A stretch of 64,000 nucleotides of DNA from Planctomycetaceae bacterium (GCA_031267635.1 JAIRYX010000448.1:10-64009); one strand, 5' to 3'. Counted from the first letter of the stretch, positions 30,012-41,660 are shown. A program made the numbers and translations. Notes: generated from the letters alone by a model not told the origin.

Positions 30012-30270
30012 TATAGTTCACTCCATGATATCCAGATTAAGTTTTCATTTCCTCCATTGAGTAGCTTAACAAAATATACACGATAATAAAGAAGCGATTT
30101 CCAAAATCAACCATTTTTTCCCGAAATTGACGATTCGTTATTAAAATTTCGGTAACACAAGCAAATATTTTTGGTTCATCCGATAAGTTCACACCTTATC
30201 ATTTCATTATCGGTCAAGACCATTTTTTTTGCCAATATATCCCGCAAACAAAAGCCGTTTTAAAAAACCA

Positions 30271-30365
30271 CTACAGGAAACTTCCCAGAACGTCCTCCAA
30301 ATATTCGTAAGCTCTTATTTTTCAACGGTAAAATTTATTGAAAATAAGGTTTGTAGAAGCTCTCC
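30271..30365. repeat. Family-R1 module D variant
   Basis: CTACAGGAAACTTCCCAGAACGTCCTCCAAATATTCGTAAGCTCTTATTTTTCAACGG...ATTGAAAATAAGGTTTGTAGAAGCTCTCC. Confidence 0.7.
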
Positions 30366-30390
30366 TATATTGATTGGTAACAACGCTGGC

Positions 30391-31806
30391 TTATTTGAAC
30401 AACGCAGTGAAATTTTCCCAGCCGCGCTGCCAGATGTGTTTCATATTCAATCCTCCCGAACGAAGAATAAACCAATCTTTCATTAAAATTCCGCGTTTGA
30501 GTTGCCGTTTCATCAACGACATGGAAATTCCCGGGAGATCCATGCACGCTTCATGTTCGTCAAATTTCATCCAAACATCTTTCGACGCACCATGATATAA
30601 ATTGTATTTTTCGGCGATACGGAAAAGCCGCGCCCCCGGCATCGGCGTACAGAATTGCCACGACATATAACTGATGGCTTTTTTATGAAACATTTTCCAC
30701 GCCCAATTCAATGATTTTTTCACTTCTTCCGGCGTTTCAAAACAAAGTTTGTCGTTCTCTTCCCATGCCTGATAAAGCATCATAAACGCAAACACTTTGA
30801 TTCCGGCTTTAGAAAGAGAAATCGCAGCGTTTTCAATTTGCGAAACGGTAACGCTTTTTCCGATTCCATTGAGAACACGGTCATTGGCGCTCTCAATGCC
30901 AAGATGAATCATCCAACAGTTGATAGAAGCAAGCAACTTGGAAAACTCCTCCGTTACTTTATCCGCCCGCAAATTACACTGAAAATAAAGGTCTTTATGA
31001 TTAAGCCGCCGAATCGCCTCACATAACTTGATTGCCCAATTCGTACTAAAATTCATTTCATCACTGCTGAGATAAATTTCCCGCACGCCACGCGAATATA
31101 ACAACTCAATCTCTTCACAAATATTTTCCGCCGACCGTGAACGCAACCAAGGTTTTTGCAGTTTCCAAATCGGTTGCGAACAAAACGCACAATAAAACGG
31201 ACATCCGCGGCTAATCAATAACGAACTTTCAATCGGCTGTTTTTTCAGGTGCATTCCCGGATACTCTTTGAAATCAATCAATTCCCACGCCGGAAACGGA
31301 ATGTCGTTGAGATTGGCAATGAGCGGACGATTCGGGTTTCGGACATAGGTTCCGTCGGCAAGATAGGCGATCCCGGCAACGGAAGACAAATCCGGCGACG
31401 ATTTTTCCAAATACAAACGGACAAGCTCGGCAAATGTTTGCTCGCCTTCGCCGATCCCAAGTGCGTCAAAAGGAAATTCCGCCATCACTTCTTCCGGCAT
31501 TGCCGTTGGATGCGGTCCGCCGGTAATGATTTTTACATCGGGCAACGCCTCTTTTACGGCACGAAATGTTTCCATCGCGCGTTGTGTTGATTTTGACGTG
31601 AATCCCGCCGCATAAATGGTGGGGCGAAATTTTTTGACGGAATTAATATGTTCGTTGAGCGTTTGTTTCGGTCCCAAATAATCAAACTGCACATCGTTTC
31701 CAAACGTGTGCTTGATTGTTCCGGCAAGATAGAGCAATCCGAGATTAGAATAGCTTCCGTCGATATTTGTTCCTTTGACAGGTTGATCCGCAAATAAAAT
31801 TCTCAT
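30391..31806 (-). CDS. B12-binding-domain radical SAM protein
   Basis: 471-aa ORF. The N-terminal Rossmann-like cobalamin-binding region (IITGGPHPT) is followed by SRGCPFYCAFCS (CxxxCxxC). Confidence 0.8.
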   Translation of the reverse strand: MRILFADQPVKGTNIDGSYSNLGLLYLAGTIKHTFGNDVQFDYLGPKQTLNEHINSVKKFRPTIYAAGFTSKSTQRAMETFRAVKEALPDVKIITGGPHPTAMPEEVMAEFPFDALGIGEGEQTFAELVRLYLEKSSPDLSSVAGIAYLADGTYVRNPNRPLIANLNDIPFPAWELIDFKEYPGMHLKKQPIESSLLISRGCPFYCAFCSQPIWKLQKPWLRSRSAENICEEIELLYSRGVREIYLSSDEMNFSTNWAIKLCEAIRRLNHKDLYFQCNLRADKVTEEFSKLLASINCWMIHLGIESANDRVLNGIGKSVTVSQIENAAISLSKAGIKVFAFMMLYQAWEENDKLCFETPEEVKKSLNWAWKMFHKKAISYMSWQFCTPMPGARLFRIAEKYNLYHGASKDVWMKFDEHEACMDLPGISMSLMKRQLKRGILMKDWFILRSGGLNMKHIWQRGWENFTALFK

Positions 31807-31835
31807 AGAATTTGTCCTGTAGCAATAAAAAGACT

Positions 31836-33053
31836 TTAATTTTCTTCGTGATTTCTAGGAGTTCGTTCCCACTTGGGAGTTCGCCAGATTAAAATGGATT
31901 TGGCAGTTATTTCCAAATATCTGAACACAAAAATCGGCGTCAGACACATATACGTTAGCCGCCGTTTATTAAGTCCCATTGCAAAAATTCCGATTCCAAC
32001 GTAAAGAACATACAGACCGAGCGTTCCGCAAAAGAGATTCCATAAAACGCAACTCCACACGGACGGAATGAGAAAGAAACTCAAAAGCCCGAAAATTCCC
32101 GACAAAAAAATCTGCCCGAAAATTATCGGACGGCTGATAAAAAGCATCGCAATTCCTGCGTCAAACGCAATGAAATCCTGTTTAAAAAGTCCCCGTGCAA
32201 GCAATCCAATCACGGAACGCCGCAAAGTATCTAAACCGCCGAAAATCCAACGTGCGCGTTGAACGGCGAGTTGTTTTATTTCAACAGGAAACGGCGAATC
32301 CAATACAATATCGCCTATAAAAACCGGCTTAATTCCGTTTTTCAGCAGATGAAAACAATATTCAAAATCTTCATTCAATCCGCCGCTTTGCCAAGGAAAA
32401 CGCTCTAAAATGTCGCGGTGCAAAACCATTCCTGAACCGATAAGAAAACCGGCAAGTCCGATTCGGGATTTTGCCCAATAAAAGAGTTTATTTTCAATCC
32501 ACCTCGCCAATGCCATCGCGTAACAACGAAACGAAACGTCGGGGTTGGACACGAGATAAGATAACTGAACGACATGATTTCCTCTTGCGACTTCAAAATC
32601 GCACGCTTTCAGCGATTGCGAATCCAAATAACAATCCGCATCGAGAATCAACACCACATCGGTTTTTTGCGTGAGAACTTGCGGAATCGCCCATTCTAAC
32701 GCTTCGCCTTTCCCTCGTTTGTGGTTGTCAAACCGCTCCAAACATTGAGCGCCGCAGTCCTGCGCAATTTGAGCCGTGTTATCGGTACAATTATCCGCAA
32801 TGACCACCACGGCAAAAAGATCCGACGGATAATCCAATTGCAGACAACGATTCAAGACGGAAGGCAAACATTCGGATTCGTTGTGCGCGGGAATTAAAAT
32901 CGTAAAATGATGTTTCGGCGTGTGCGAAATTTGGCGTTTTTTACATAAAAAAAGATAAACGACGGCAAAAAACATCTGATACAACGCACCAAATGCCGTA
33001 ACAGCGATAATAATTGAAGCAATAATTAAAAAAACGATTTGAAAAATAGACAT
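31836..33053 (-). CDS. Membrane glycosyltransferase family 2 (processive-type)
   Basis: 405-aa ORF with TILIPAHNE, ILDADC (D,D motif), and VQRARW (the Q(R/Q)xRW motif of processive GT2 enzymes). It has N- and C-terminal TM helices. Confidence 0.8.
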   Translation of the reverse strand: MSIFQIVFLIIASIIIAVTAFGALYQMFFAVVYLFLCKKRQISHTPKHHFTILIPAHNESECLPSVLNRCLQLDYPSDLFAVVVIADNCTDNTAQIAQDCGAQCLERFDNHKRGKGEALEWAIPQVLTQKTDVVLILDADCYLDSQSLKACDFEVARGNHVVQLSYLVSNPDVSFRCYAMALARWIENKLFYWAKSRIGLAGFLIGSGMVLHRDILERFPWQSGGLNEDFEYCFHLLKNGIKPVFIGDIVLDSPFPVEIKQLAVQRARWIFGGLDTLRRSVIGLLARGLFKQDFIAFDAGIAMLFISRPIIFGQIFLSGIFGLLSFFLIPSVWSCVLWNLFCGTLGLYVLYVGIGIFAMGLNKRRLTYMCLTPIFVFRYLEITAKSILIWRTPKWERTPRNHEEN

Positions 33054-33160
33054 AAAACGATAATCATCTCAAAAAACTCTTAATGAATGATTATAAGTTA
33101 TAAATTGGAACAAAAGAACGAGATATTTGTTTTTGATAACAGAAAAGGCAAAAATTTTTC

Positions 33161-33398
33161 CTGCTTATTTCGGATTTTGGGGAGTTGTTTGAATGTGGTC
33201 AATACGCTTTTACTCCGTAGGAGTCATCCTAAATACCGCACAAGGGAAACTCTTACAGAGTTTTTTATTCCTGCGGCTCGTTCCTCCCAGTTTCACTGGG
33301 GGCTATCCAAAGGGGAACGCCTACAGCGTAAAGTCCTCCGCAAAACAAATCCAGCGTTTCCTCCGGCGTTTTACCTCCCCAAAAAGTGAAATAATCAG
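33161..33398. mobile_element. MITE-like element with TIRs and an 8-bp target-site duplication
   Basis: 238 bp. The left end is CTGCTTATTTCGGATTTTGGGGAG. The right end CCTCCCCAAAAAGTGAAATAATCAG is its inverse. The perfect direct repeat AATTTTTC occurs at 33153-33160 and 33399-33406. No transposase is inside. Confidence 0.8.
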
Positions 33399-33419
33399 AA
33401 TTTTTCTTATAAACACGAC

Positions 33420-34265
33420 TCATTGATCATGCCGAAAAAATCCGTGATTACAAATCCTGTGTAATTCAGTAAGCCGCTCAAATTCGGACTGCGTTTTATT
33501 CCAAAATTCGCGGCTTTTAACAGCGTGCGCGAAAGGAATGGGCAACGTTTTGTCGAGCATTCGAATCGCCTGTAGTATGTTGCTGAAATTACCGCATTGC
33601 GTGTTGAGCGTTTCGCCAAAAACGTAATCCGCATGACCATCAATTGCGTCGAACAACTCTTCAAGCGGCGTGCAGTAAGGCAGAATCGGTCCGATAAAAA
33701 CAAACGTACTGATTCCTTCTTGATGCAATGTCCGCAAAGCGTTCAAGCGTTGCGAAATCGGCGACGCGCATGGTTCGAGCAATCGGCGCGCTTTTTCGCT
33801 CATCAACGCAATAGAAAATCCAATGGAGACGCGAGGAAGCAATTTCAATACATCCATGTCGCGCAGCACAAGATCGGATTTTGTCAGAATGGAGATTCGC
33901 AAAAACGGCAATTGTTCGCTTTCGCGGAGAACGTTCAAAAGGGAACGCGTGAGTTTGTATTTCGATTCCAACGGCTGATAAGCGTCTGTCGCGCTTCCGA
34001 AAAACACGGAGCATGCTTGTTTGACTTGTTTCAAATCGTGCGACAAAATCACGGGCGCATTGACTTTCGCGTCGGCAAACATTCCCCACATTTCGGTATG
34101 GTTACTGAACCGTTTCATGTAACAAGCGTAACAGTAAACGCATCGATGCACACAACCGACATACGGATTGATTGCGTAACCAGATTCCGTCAGCTTACTT
34201 GCCGTCAAAATATGTTTGACTTCAATTTCAGCATTCTTAATTGTCGCGCCGGCAGGTTGCGTCAT
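33420..34265 (-). CDS. Radical SAM protein (SplB/DNA-photolyase-like COG1533 type)
   Basis: 281-aa ORF with INPYVGCVHRCVYCYA (CxxxCxxC). Confidence 0.75.
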   Translation of the reverse strand: MTQPAGATIKNAEIEVKHILTASKLTESGYAINPYVGCVHRCVYCYACYMKRFSNHTEMWGMFADAKVNAPVILSHDLKQVKQACSVFFGSATDAYQPLESKYKLTRSLLNVLRESEQLPFLRISILTKSDLVLRDMDVLKLLPRVSIGFSIALMSEKARRLLEPCASPISQRLNALRTLHQEGISTFVFIGPILPYCTPLEELFDAIDGHADYVFGETLNTQCGNFSNILQAIRMLDKTLPIPFAHAVKSREFWNKTQSEFERLTELHRICNHGFFRHDQ

Positions 34266-34275
34266 GTGTACTTTT

Positions 34276-34386
34276 TATACATTTCTTTTGTGGTTGAAAA
34301 GTCGGTTTTCATTGCGCAAAGGCGTGAGGAACATGATGAACGAGCAACACTGTGTTAAAACCGATTTTTCAAGTTGTGAGAAGTCT
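34276..34386. repeat. Family-R2 palindromic-ended element
   Basis: TATACATTTCTTTTGTGGTTGAAAAGTCGG ... GAGGAACATGATGAACGAGCAACACTGTGTTAAAACCGATTTTTCAAGTTGTGAGAAGTC. Confidence 0.65.
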
Positions 34387-34698
34387 TTATTCTATGAAAT
34401 TCCGAAAAGTGATGCAATATATCCAGAAACAATGAGAAATCTGGGACTGTTTTTTGAGATTTGAGCGATTCTGTTCTGAAAAACTTACTCTGTCCTCAAA
34501 GCTCCTCTCGTCCCTATTGCCTCCCTTGTTTAATGCACGCCGAAATTCAAAGGGTACTGAAACGTAGGATATTTTGAGGAACAAACTAAAATGTAGGACG
34601 CTTTTAGGCACAAGTCGTTCGCAAAAATTTCATCCGACTTTTCTATCTCTTTTCTAGTCAACGGGTTACGTCGCAAAACTTTTACTGTCTTTTGAGAA

Positions 34699-34714
34699 TG
34701 GCATTAAACGTGCT
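34699..34714 (+). promoter_or_regulatory. Candidate sigma-54 (-24/-12) promoter upstream of anfH
   Basis: TGGCATTAAACGTGCT has GG and GC at the canonical spacing of TGGCAC-N5-TTGC. It lies 92 nt upstream of the anfH ATG. Pattern match only. Confidence 0.4.
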
Positions 34715-34730
34715 TATGAGAAATTGATGA

Positions 34731-35630
<900 letters not shown>

Positions 35631-35660
35631 CGACAATGGATTACCGGCTGAAATTTGAAA

Positions 35661-35790
35661 GAGACACGAGGGATAATTGGGATTTTGGACACAGGACAAA
35701 CAATAAACACTGTCTTAAAAACCGAAGTTTCAAGTATTAAGGAGTACATCATCCGTCCCTCCAGTCCCAAAAGTCCCTAATATCCCTTTT
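35661..35790. repeat. R2-derived block: GGGA/GGAC arm, CTGTCTTAAAA-CCGAAGTTTCAAGTATTAAGGAGTA arm, then an inverted GTCCC block
   Basis: Read directly from the anfH-nifI1 spacer. GTCCCTCCAGTCCCAAAAGTCCCTAATATCCCT follows the R2 right arm. Confidence 0.7.
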
Positions 35791-35813
35791 TACAATGAAG
35801 GAGAAAATGCTCT

Positions 35814-36131
35814 ATGAAAATGATCAAAGCCGTACTGCGTCCTGATAATATTGATGCTGTTGCCGATTGTCTTGCGGAAGCGGGATTTGTGTCGGCAACC
35901 AAAATTAACGCATTCGGACGCGGAAAACAAAAAGGAATCACCGTCGGAACGATTCATTACGACGAATTGCCCAAAACAATTCTGTTGATTGTTGTCGAAG
36001 ATCGCCAGGTCGATTCCGTGCTCAAAACGATCCGCGAGAACGCTTATACCGGCAATTTCGGCGATGGAAAAATCTTTGTTAGCCCTGTGGAACGGGTCGT
36101 GACCGTGCGTACCGGCGCCGAAGGACTTTAG
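35814..36131 (+). CDS. nifI1: PII-like nitrogenase regulator NifI1
   Basis: 105-aa GlnB-family ORF (MKMIKAVLRP..., GDGKIFVSPVE) at the canonical position after the H gene. Confidence 0.88.
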   Translation: MKMIKAVLRPDNIDAVADCLAEAGFVSATKINAFGRGKQKGITVGTIHYDELPKTILLIVVEDRQVDSVLKTIRENAYTGNFGDGKIFVSPVERVVTVRTGAEGL

Positions 36132-36176
36132 TTTAGTTCTGGAACAGAAAGAACGCTCATTTAAGAAAGCGGGACA

Positions 36177-36545
36177 ATGAAAGAAATTATTGCGATGATC
36201 CGTCCGAAAATGATGGCGAAAACAAAAGACGCTTTGGAAAAAGCCGGAATCCCCAGTATTACGGCGTTGCCGATTTTAGGACGCGGGAAACAACAGGGAA
36301 TTATCAACGAGGTGGATATTGAATACCGCCCGCAAATTCTCGAACGAAAACATCGGAGAATGAAATACATTCCCAAACGAATGCTCTCCATGATTGTAAA
36401 AGACGAGGAAGCGGATCAGGTGATCCAATCGCTCGTGGAAGTAAATCAAACCGGTCAAATCGGCGATGGGAAAATTTTTGTCTGCCCTGTGGACGAAGCG
36501 TTGCGGATACGAACTGGCGAAACCGGAGAAGCCGCTATTGTATAA
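36177..36545 (+). CDS. nifI2: PII-like nitrogenase regulator NifI2
   Basis: 122-aa GlnB-family ORF with the extended T-loop typical of NifI2 (GRGKQQGIINEVDIEYRPQILERKHRRMKYIPKR) and GDGKIFVCPVD. Confidence 0.88.
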   Translation: MKEIIAMIRPKMMAKTKDALEKAGIPSITALPILGRGKQQGIINEVDIEYRPQILERKHRRMKYIPKRMLSMIVKDEEADQVIQSLVEVNQTGQIGDGKIFVCPVDEALRIRTGETGEAAIV

Positions 36546-36562
36546 TAAACTCCAATTCTCAA

Positions 36563-36661
36563 AGGGACTTTTGGGATTGTTTAACAATTTTTGCTAAAAA
36601 CTTACCCTGTCCTTAACGTCCCTTATGTCTTTAAAGTCCCTTTTGTCCCTCATGTCCCTTT
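36563..36661. repeat. Intercistronic GGGAC / GTCCC inverted-block element
   Basis: AGGGACTTTTGGGATTG ... CCTGTCCTTAACGTCCCTTATGTCTTTAAAGTCCCTTTTGTCCCTCATGTCCCTT, lying between nifI2 and anfD. Confidence 0.7.
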
Positions 36662-36663
36662 AA

Positions 36664-38253
<1,590 letters not shown>

Positions 38254-38260
38254 TGATAGT

Positions 38261-38346
38261 TAAGGGATATTAGGGACTTGAGGAACAGAGGAACGCTCTT
38301 CAAAGAAATCCGTCCCCCATGTCCCTCCAGTCCCTAATGTCCCTCA
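38261..38346. repeat. Intercistronic long imperfect hairpin (GGGAC block / GTCCC block)
   Basis: The left arm AAGGGATATTAGGGACTTGAGGAACAGAGGAACG is largely complementary to the right arm CGTCCCCCATGTCCCTCCAGTCCCTAATGTCCCTC. The loop is about 15 nt. Confidence 0.75.
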
Positions 38347-38370
38347 ATCAAAACAGGAGAACAACACACT

Positions 38371-38721
38371 ATGAGTAATGACATCCAAAACAAAGTCGAA
38401 GAACTGGTCAACTACATTATGAAAAAATGTCTCTGGCAATTTCATTCCCGCACGTGGGACAGAAAGCGGCAGAACGACAACATTCTCGGCATGACCGCGC
38501 AACTGATCTACGGCGGCGACGTGAAACCGGCAACGCCGGAAGAGAAATGTTATTGGGCGGACGCCGTCTGTTTGGCGGACGCGTTCCGCAATCGTTTCGG
38601 CTGGCTCGCCGACATGGACAGAGCGGACAAAGAAGCGTTGATGACCGGCTTGAAAGAGCGGATAGATTTTTTAACCGTAACCGGATCGCTCAATCTGGAA
38701 TTAACAGACGTGCATTATTAA
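38371..38721 (+). CDS. anfG: Alternative-nitrogenase delta subunit
   Basis: 116-aa ORF between the D and K genes. Its size, position and sequence (VEELVNYIMKKCLWQFHSRTWDR...) match the AnfG/VnfG family, which Mo-nitrogenases lack. Confidence 0.88.
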   Translation: MSNDIQNKVEELVNYIMKKCLWQFHSRTWDRKRQNDNILGMTAQLIYGGDVKPATPEEKCYWADAVCLADAFRNRFGWLADMDRADKEALMTGLKERIDFLTVTGSLNLELTDVHY

Positions 38722-38740
38722 AGAAATAAAAAGAAGATAA

Positions 38741-38855
38741 GAGGCACGAGGGACATTGGGAACAGGGAAACCCATTGTCCAAAAACCATTGTCCAAAATC
38801 CCTTGCCTCAAAACCAAACAGTCCCTCATGTCCCTAAAGTCCCTTATGTCCCTTT
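38741..38855. repeat. Intercistronic GGGAC / GTCCC inverted-block element
   Basis: GAGGCACGAGGGACATTGGGAACAGGGAAAC ... CAGTCCCTCATGTCCCTAAAGTCCCTTATGTCCCTTT, lying between anfG and anfK. Confidence 0.7.
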
Positions 38856-38890
38856 AATTAACCCCAAATGTTCAAGTGAGAGGAAAACAA

Positions 38891-40279
38891 ATGACTTGTG
38901 AAATTTTAGAACGAACAAGGGCGGGAATCATCAATCCCATTTTCACCTGCCAACCCTGCGGCGCACAATACGCCAGTATTGGAATAGATCGCTGTATTGG
39001 AATCGTGCATGGCGGACAAGGTTGTGTAATGTTTGTCCGGCTGTTGTTTTCGCAGCATTTCAAGGAAAGTTTTGAACTGGCTTCGACTTCCTTGCACGAG
39101 GACGGCGCGGTATTCGGCGCGCTCAATCGTGTGGAGGAGGCGGTGGATGTTCTGCTGATGCGTTATCCCGACGTTAAGGTTGTGCCGATTATTTCGACGT
39201 GCGCGACCGAAGTGATCGGCGACGATATCGACGGAGTTGTCCGTAAGCTCAACGAAGGGCTTTTACGGGAAAAGTTCGCCGGACGTGAAGTTCATCTTAT
39301 TCCGATTCACACGCCCAGTTTTGTCGGCAGCATGATCAGCGGTTATGATATTGCTGTCCGCGACTTTGTGAGTTATTTCGCCCGCAAAGGTCAACCGACA
39401 AATAAAATCAATCTGATTACCGGCTGGGTCAATCCGGGCGACGTGAGCGCGTTGAAACATTTGTTGAAGGCGATGGAGATTGACGCGAATCTTCTTTTTG
39501 AGATCGAAAACTTTGACGCGCCGCTTATGCCGAGCGGGAACACGGTGGCGCACGGAGACACGACGATTGAGGATTTGCGCGAGACTGCCAACGCGGTTGG
39601 AACAATCGCCTTAAACCGTTACGAAGGCGGTAAGGCGGCGGAATATCTGCAAAAGGAATTTGGCGTTCCGGCGGTGATTGGTCCTGCTCCAATCGGTATT
39701 CGCAATACGGATACCTTGCTGAAACATTTGAGCGATATGACCGGCAAACCGATTCCCGAATCGCTTGTCCGCGAGCGGGGCATTGCGTTGGATGCGTTGA
39801 CGGACATTGTTCACATGTTTCTGGCGGACAAACGGGTGGCGATTTATGCCAATCCTGATTTGGCAATCGGGCTTGCGGAGTTTTGCATGGATTTGGAGAT
39901 GCAGCCGGTGTTGTTGCTTTTGGGCGACGACAATTCCAATTATGCGAAAGACCCGCGTGTGAAGGCGTTAAGGGAACACGCCTATTTCGATATGGAGATT
40001 GTCACCAACGCGGATTTATGGGAGTTGGAAGACCGGATCAAGAATAAGGGCTTGAAGCTGGACTTAATTCTGGGACATTCCAAAGGGCGGTTTGTTTCGA
40101 TTGATTACGGGATTCCGATGGTTCGTGTCGGCTTCCCTGTTTACGACCGCGCGGGGATGTACCGTCATCCTGTGCTGGGCTATCAGGGAGCAACCTACCT
40201 CGCCGAAACAATGGCAAACACAATCTTCACCGATATGGAATACAAAAAGAATAAGGAATGGGTTCTCAACGTTTGGTGA
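38891..40279 (+). CDS. anfK: Fe-only nitrogenase beta subunit
   Basis: 462 aa from the ATG preceded by GAGAGGA. It is colinear with AnfK from recall: MTCE..., INPIFTCQPCGAQY, IVHGGQGCVMFVRLLFSQHFKESFELASTSLHEDGAVFGA. It ends KKNKEWVLNVW. Confidence 0.92.
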   Translation: MTCEILERTRAGIINPIFTCQPCGAQYASIGIDRCIGIVHGGQGCVMFVRLLFSQHFKESFELASTSLHEDGAVFGALNRVEEAVDVLLMRYPDVKVVPIISTCATEVIGDDIDGVVRKLNEGLLREKFAGREVHLIPIHTPSFVGSMISGYDIAVRDFVSYFARKGQPTNKINLITGWVNPGDVSALKHLLKAMEIDANLLFEIENFDAPLMPSGNTVAHGDTTIEDLRETANAVGTIALNRYEGGKAAEYLQKEFGVPAVIGPAPIGIRNTDTLLKHLSDMTGKPIPESLVRERGIALDALTDIVHMFLADKRVAIYANPDLAIGLAEFCMDLEMQPVLLLLGDDNSNYAKDPRVKALREHAYFDMEIVTNADLWELEDRIKNKGLKLDLILGHSKGRFVSIDYGIPMVRVGFPVYDRAGMYRHPVLGYQGATYLAETMANTIFTDMEYKKNKEWVLNVW

Positions 40280-40290
40280 GGAAACTCACA

Positions 40291-40536
40291 CACGTCTGTG
40301 TGCGTGCCGCCTGCACGTCCGTGTGCGCGACACCTGCACGGGCGTGCGCGTACCGCCTGCACGTCCGTGCGCGTGCCACCTGCACGTCCGTGCGCGTGCC
40401 GCCTGCACGGGCGTGTGCGCGACGCCTGCACGGACGTGTGTACGACCCGCAGACCGGTAGGGCGGGCAGCCCCCGCCCCCTACGTGGTTGCGCGTGACCC
40501 GCAGAAACAAACGTAGGGGCAGGGTTCGTCTGCCCC
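40291..40536. repeat. GC-rich block: about 7 tandem ~22-bp units plus two GACCCGCAGA..GTAGGGGC..GCCCC hairpin units
   Basis: Units such as CACGTCCGTGCGCGTGCCGCCTG repeat from 40291 to about 40452. Each contains CGTGC/GCACG inverted words. After them come GTAGGGCGGGCAGCCCCCGCCCCCTAC and GGGGCAGGGTTCGTCTGCCCC stem-loops. The block is strikingly more GC-rich than its surroundings. Confidence 0.85.
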
Positions 40537-40563
40537 AAAATATTACAAAACAGGAGCAAACCA

Positions 40564-41133
40564 ATGTCATTACGACCAATCAGTTATCAGGCGAGGATTT
40601 GCGCGGACGAAAACCGCATCGACGCTTTCCTTGAAAAAAGCCGCGTAGGAATTATCGGCGTCAACGCGGGGGAATACCCCTACGCAATACCGGTGAATTA
40701 TCTTTGGCGGGACGGTTGCGTTTATTTTCACGGAATGGGTTCGGGCAGGAAAACAGAGTTGTTGAGCGAAAACGGTAAGGTCTGTTTTACGGTGTATCAG
40801 GAGTTGGGAACGGTCAAAGACAACGTTCCCTGCCATGCCGATACGTCGTATTTCAGCGTGATGCTTTTTGGCAACGCCGTAAGAATCACCGACCACGAAA
40901 AAGCCGCTGTTGTTTTGAATCAGATTGTTGAAAAGTTCATGCCCGGCTTTTTCAGTAATTCTGGCAGCAACCGCAGCAATAATCCGATCAGTGCGTCGTT
41001 GGTGGAAACGTACCATTCCTCGAAAGACGGCAATGGGGTTATGGTTTATTGTATTAAGCCGGAATTTATCACCGCCAAAGAAAATCAAGCGGAAGAGGAC
41101 GACTTGGTTTCGCCCAACACCGAAGGCGTGTAA
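40564..41133 (+). CDS. Pyridoxamine 5'-phosphate oxidase-family FMN-binding protein
   Basis: 189-aa ORF with the split-barrel pattern (GIIGVNAGEYPYAIPVNYLWRDGCVYFHG). It resembles NimA/PNPOx-like flavoproteins. From recall only. Confidence 0.6.
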   Translation: MSLRPISYQARICADENRIDAFLEKSRVGIIGVNAGEYPYAIPVNYLWRDGCVYFHGMGSGRKTELLSENGKVCFTVYQELGTVKDNVPCHADTSYFSVMLFGNAVRITDHEKAAVVLNQIVEKFMPGFFSNSGSNRSNNPISASLVETYHSSKDGNGVMVYCIKPEFITAKENQAEEDDLVSPNTEGV

Positions 41134-41150
41134 TGCTCTTCACAAAACAA

Positions 41151-41236
41151 AGAGACATTAGGGACAAAAAGGAACACGAGAGACATTCTCAACATCTCTT
41201 CAGTCCCTAATGCCTCTCACGCCCCTAATATCCCTT
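41151..41236. repeat. GGGAC / GTCCC inverted-block element
   Basis: AGAGACATTAGGGACAAAAAGGAACACGAGAGACATTC ... CAGTCCCTAATGCCTCTCACGCCCCTAATATCCCTTTT. Confidence 0.7.
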
Positions 41237-41251
41237 TTGACAGAAAAATCC

Positions 41252-41432
41252 CTGATTATTTCGTTTTTTGGGGAAATATTTGAAAACGCAATAGAAACCT
41301 ATGGCGTCACTTGCCCAAGCCACATCAACCCGCACTTGGGCAACTGAATAGTACAAATTTCCTCAATTTCTCTTGAGGGAAATTCCCAAAACCGCCCCCA
41401 AATATTCGTAAGCCCTTATTTTTCAACGGTCA
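41252..41432. repeat. Family-R1 composite (A-type TIR, module B hairpin, D half)
   Basis: CTGATTATTTCGTTTTTTGGGGAAATATT ... CACTTGCCCAAGCCACATCAACCCGCACTTGGGCAACTGAATAG ... CCCAAATATTCGTAAGCCCTTATTTTTCAACGG. Confidence 0.8.
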
Positions 41433-41660
41433 CATTTATTGTATAGATACTTTGGGTTTCTTACCTGCGATCTTCTGTCTTTCTTTATTTCTCATCAATT
41501 TTGGTTTTCATGGAGAAACATCGTTGTCTTTTGGAAAAAATTGGTGTAAACTAGAATGTGTTCCGGTAAAATTGCGGAAACATAACATAGGTAGTTGGTA
41601 ACTTTTGATCTCATTGAACTTTGTTCGAGAATCATCATTAAAAATATTGGTCGGAAAATT

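Noticed and set aside
40092-40579. Six overlapping ORFs (72-122 aa) on both strands, rich in Arg/Ala/Cys/His.
   Set aside because: All lie in the GC-rich tandem repeat after anfK. The lack of stop codons there is compositional, and the ORFs overlap each other in every frame.
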